A stretch of DNA of 64,000 bases from Squalus acanthias (taxonomy: Eukaryota), in assembly GCA_030390025.1 (NCBI GenBank), contig CM059432.1, positions 93,436,001 to 93,500,000 on the forward strand, read 5' to 3'. The notes below the pieces were generated by a model, which was given only the letters and a program-made list of their open reading frames with translations, did not search any database and was not told the origin of the DNA. Below, piece by piece: positions 62,376 to 64,000 of this stretch. Within the stretch, counting starts at the first letter, position 1, and the number at the start of each line of letters is the position of its first letter. A program made the position numbers and the translations under genes.

Positions 62376-63342
62376 TGTATATATTTAAATTGTTTTTTTC
62401 TTTTACTTCCTTCGTTTCATCGCTAGATACTACTCCAGCATTGCCTAGAGTCATCCATCCTAAACATCCGCTGGATAGATTTCTGTAAATGGCAGTTTGT
62501 CACAATAAATACTTGAATCTTCCATCATTCTTTACAATTTTACTATAAACAGGAGGAGTCACTGAAACCAAGGCCTCCATGCAATTTAGTTACTTACTTC
62601 ACTTCCATTTACCATGGCACTGAACACAAATATCATTAATAGCACGGGAAGAAATAAAAAGTGAAATCACAGGAGAGAACACAAAACTGACAGCTTTGTT
62701 AAAATGACCCATGCATGACCAACAAGCAGATATAATTTGTACAGAATTCCAGCTGAATGGAAAATCAATCTTCACAAATCTAGGCAACAATTTTCATCAC
62801 ATTGGATAAAGAGATGGCTAGGGTACAGAAAGCAAAGTGTAGGAGGCAAGTGGATGTTTTTCAGATTGACTGGATGTAGGTAGTGGAATGGGGATCTGTG
62901 CCGGGACCTCATTTGTTTGAGTTTATAAAAATGACCAGGACATAGGCACAAAAAGAATGAAAGCAAAGTTTTCTGCTATCAAATTAGGGATGTGGCAGAA
63001 TGTAAGGATGAATGCAGGAGTTTGCTGACAGATTAGCAAAATGAGCAAATGGGTGGCACACACATTTCAATGCAGAGAAGTGTGAAATAGTACATTTGGG
63101 GGAAAGAAAGTATACCCTAAAAAGCAAGATTTTAAAATTAAAAGTAATTCAGACCCCATTTTAAAGTCATACCTTATGGCCTTATTTTGTTTAATACTTT
63201 GATTTTTAATTTATAGTTAAATAGCAAAACTGAGGACAATTTGGGAAGAAGAGAAGCCAAGTTGGTTGAAGCTGAGGAACAAGGAGGCAAAACTGAGGTT
63301 CTGAAGCATCATCACTGGGAAAAAGGTGTAATTACAACTTGA

Positions 63343-63620
63343 TGCGGAGATGCCGGTGTTGGACTGGGGTGGACAAAAATGAGAAGTCGCACAACACCAG
63401 GTTATAGTCCAACAGTTTTATTTGAAATCACAAGCTTTCGGAGCTGTTGCTCCTTCGTCGGGTGAAATAAAGAGATACAGAATCGCCAAAGCATATATAT
63501 ATGCTTTGGCGATTCTGTATCTCTTTACTTCACCCGACGAAGGAGCAACAGCTCCGAAAGCTTGTGATTTCAAATAAAACTGTTGGACTATAACCTGGTG
63601 TTGTGCGACTTCTCATTTTT
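63343..63620. mobile_element. Second palindromic Penelope-type tail insertion (different family)
   Basis: Arms 63375-63497 and 63498-63620, no loop, one mismatch; 32-nt extra left tail; direct repeat taattacaacttga at 63329-63342 and 63620-63633. Confidence 0.88.
63530..63567 (+). ncRNA. Minimal hammerhead-like motif with U4C core variant (mirror at 63428-63465, minus strand)
   Basis: tcac-CCGACGA-a-ggagc(aaca)gctcc-GAAA-gctt-gtga; self-complementary AAGCTT at stem III; AATAAA just downstream. Confidence 0.7.
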
Positions 63621-63800
63621 AATTACAACTTGACAGGTTTACATAGGCAGTTTCTGTTATGAATGTGGACAGATATTTATAATTGGAAAGTTGTACAGGA
63701 AGTAAAATCTTCTAGGCAGGAAATACACACAGAAATACTATTGTTTCATATACAACAGATAAAATACTTCACTACAACTGGCTGTCAAGGCAAAGACATT

Positions 63801-64000
63801 GGGCCAGAAATTCGGCTCTCCGGCTTCCCACGGGTGCATGAATCGCGCACGTACCTACATACCGCGCCTGCCGTTGTGCTTCGGGCCCGCGTGGAATTCG
63901 GCTCCTGGGCCTCCTGCAGCTGCCGGTGCGCAGTGCTTGCAGGGGCGCAGTTAGTTCGAAGCGTCCCCTGGGATCACGTGGGCCATGGAGAGCCAATCGG
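63801..64000. mobile_element. Left part of a Harbinger-type MITE cut by the window edge
   Basis: gggccagaaattc start; aagcgtcccctgggatcacgtgggccatgg shared with 40890-40920. Confidence 0.7.

Overview
Eukaryotic, repeat-rich vertebrate DNA. The repeat families present (HE1-type V-SINE, HER1-like CR1, Deu-type SINEs, Penelope tails) suggest a cartilaginous fish; this is an inference. The one recognisable host gene is PAG1/Cbp on the minus strand. I traced four coding exons (38525-38377, 32447-32396, 29899-29806, 29339-28813) with consistent GT-AG phases, but did not find the two conserved 3' exons in the 28 kb downstream. The rest is mostly transposable elements: CR1/L2 LINEs, SINEs, about 15 PIF/Harbinger-type MITEs or remnants, and Penelope-like elements (PLE). 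Most notable: (1) two TSD-flanked PLE insertions from different families that are long palindromes (714-bp and 123-bp arms), each with a 32-34 nt one-sided tail and a mirrored pair of minimal hammerhead ribozymes; (2) an open three-exon Harbinger Myb/SANT-like ORF antisense to PAG1; (3) a CR1-group LINE apparently headed by a tRNA-derived Pol III promoter with no ORF1; (4) a 46-nt templated insertion preserving the empty pre-SINE site. There is a 200-N assembly gap at 31775-31974. Boundaries of decayed repeats are approximate, and family names come from recalled motifs, not database searches.
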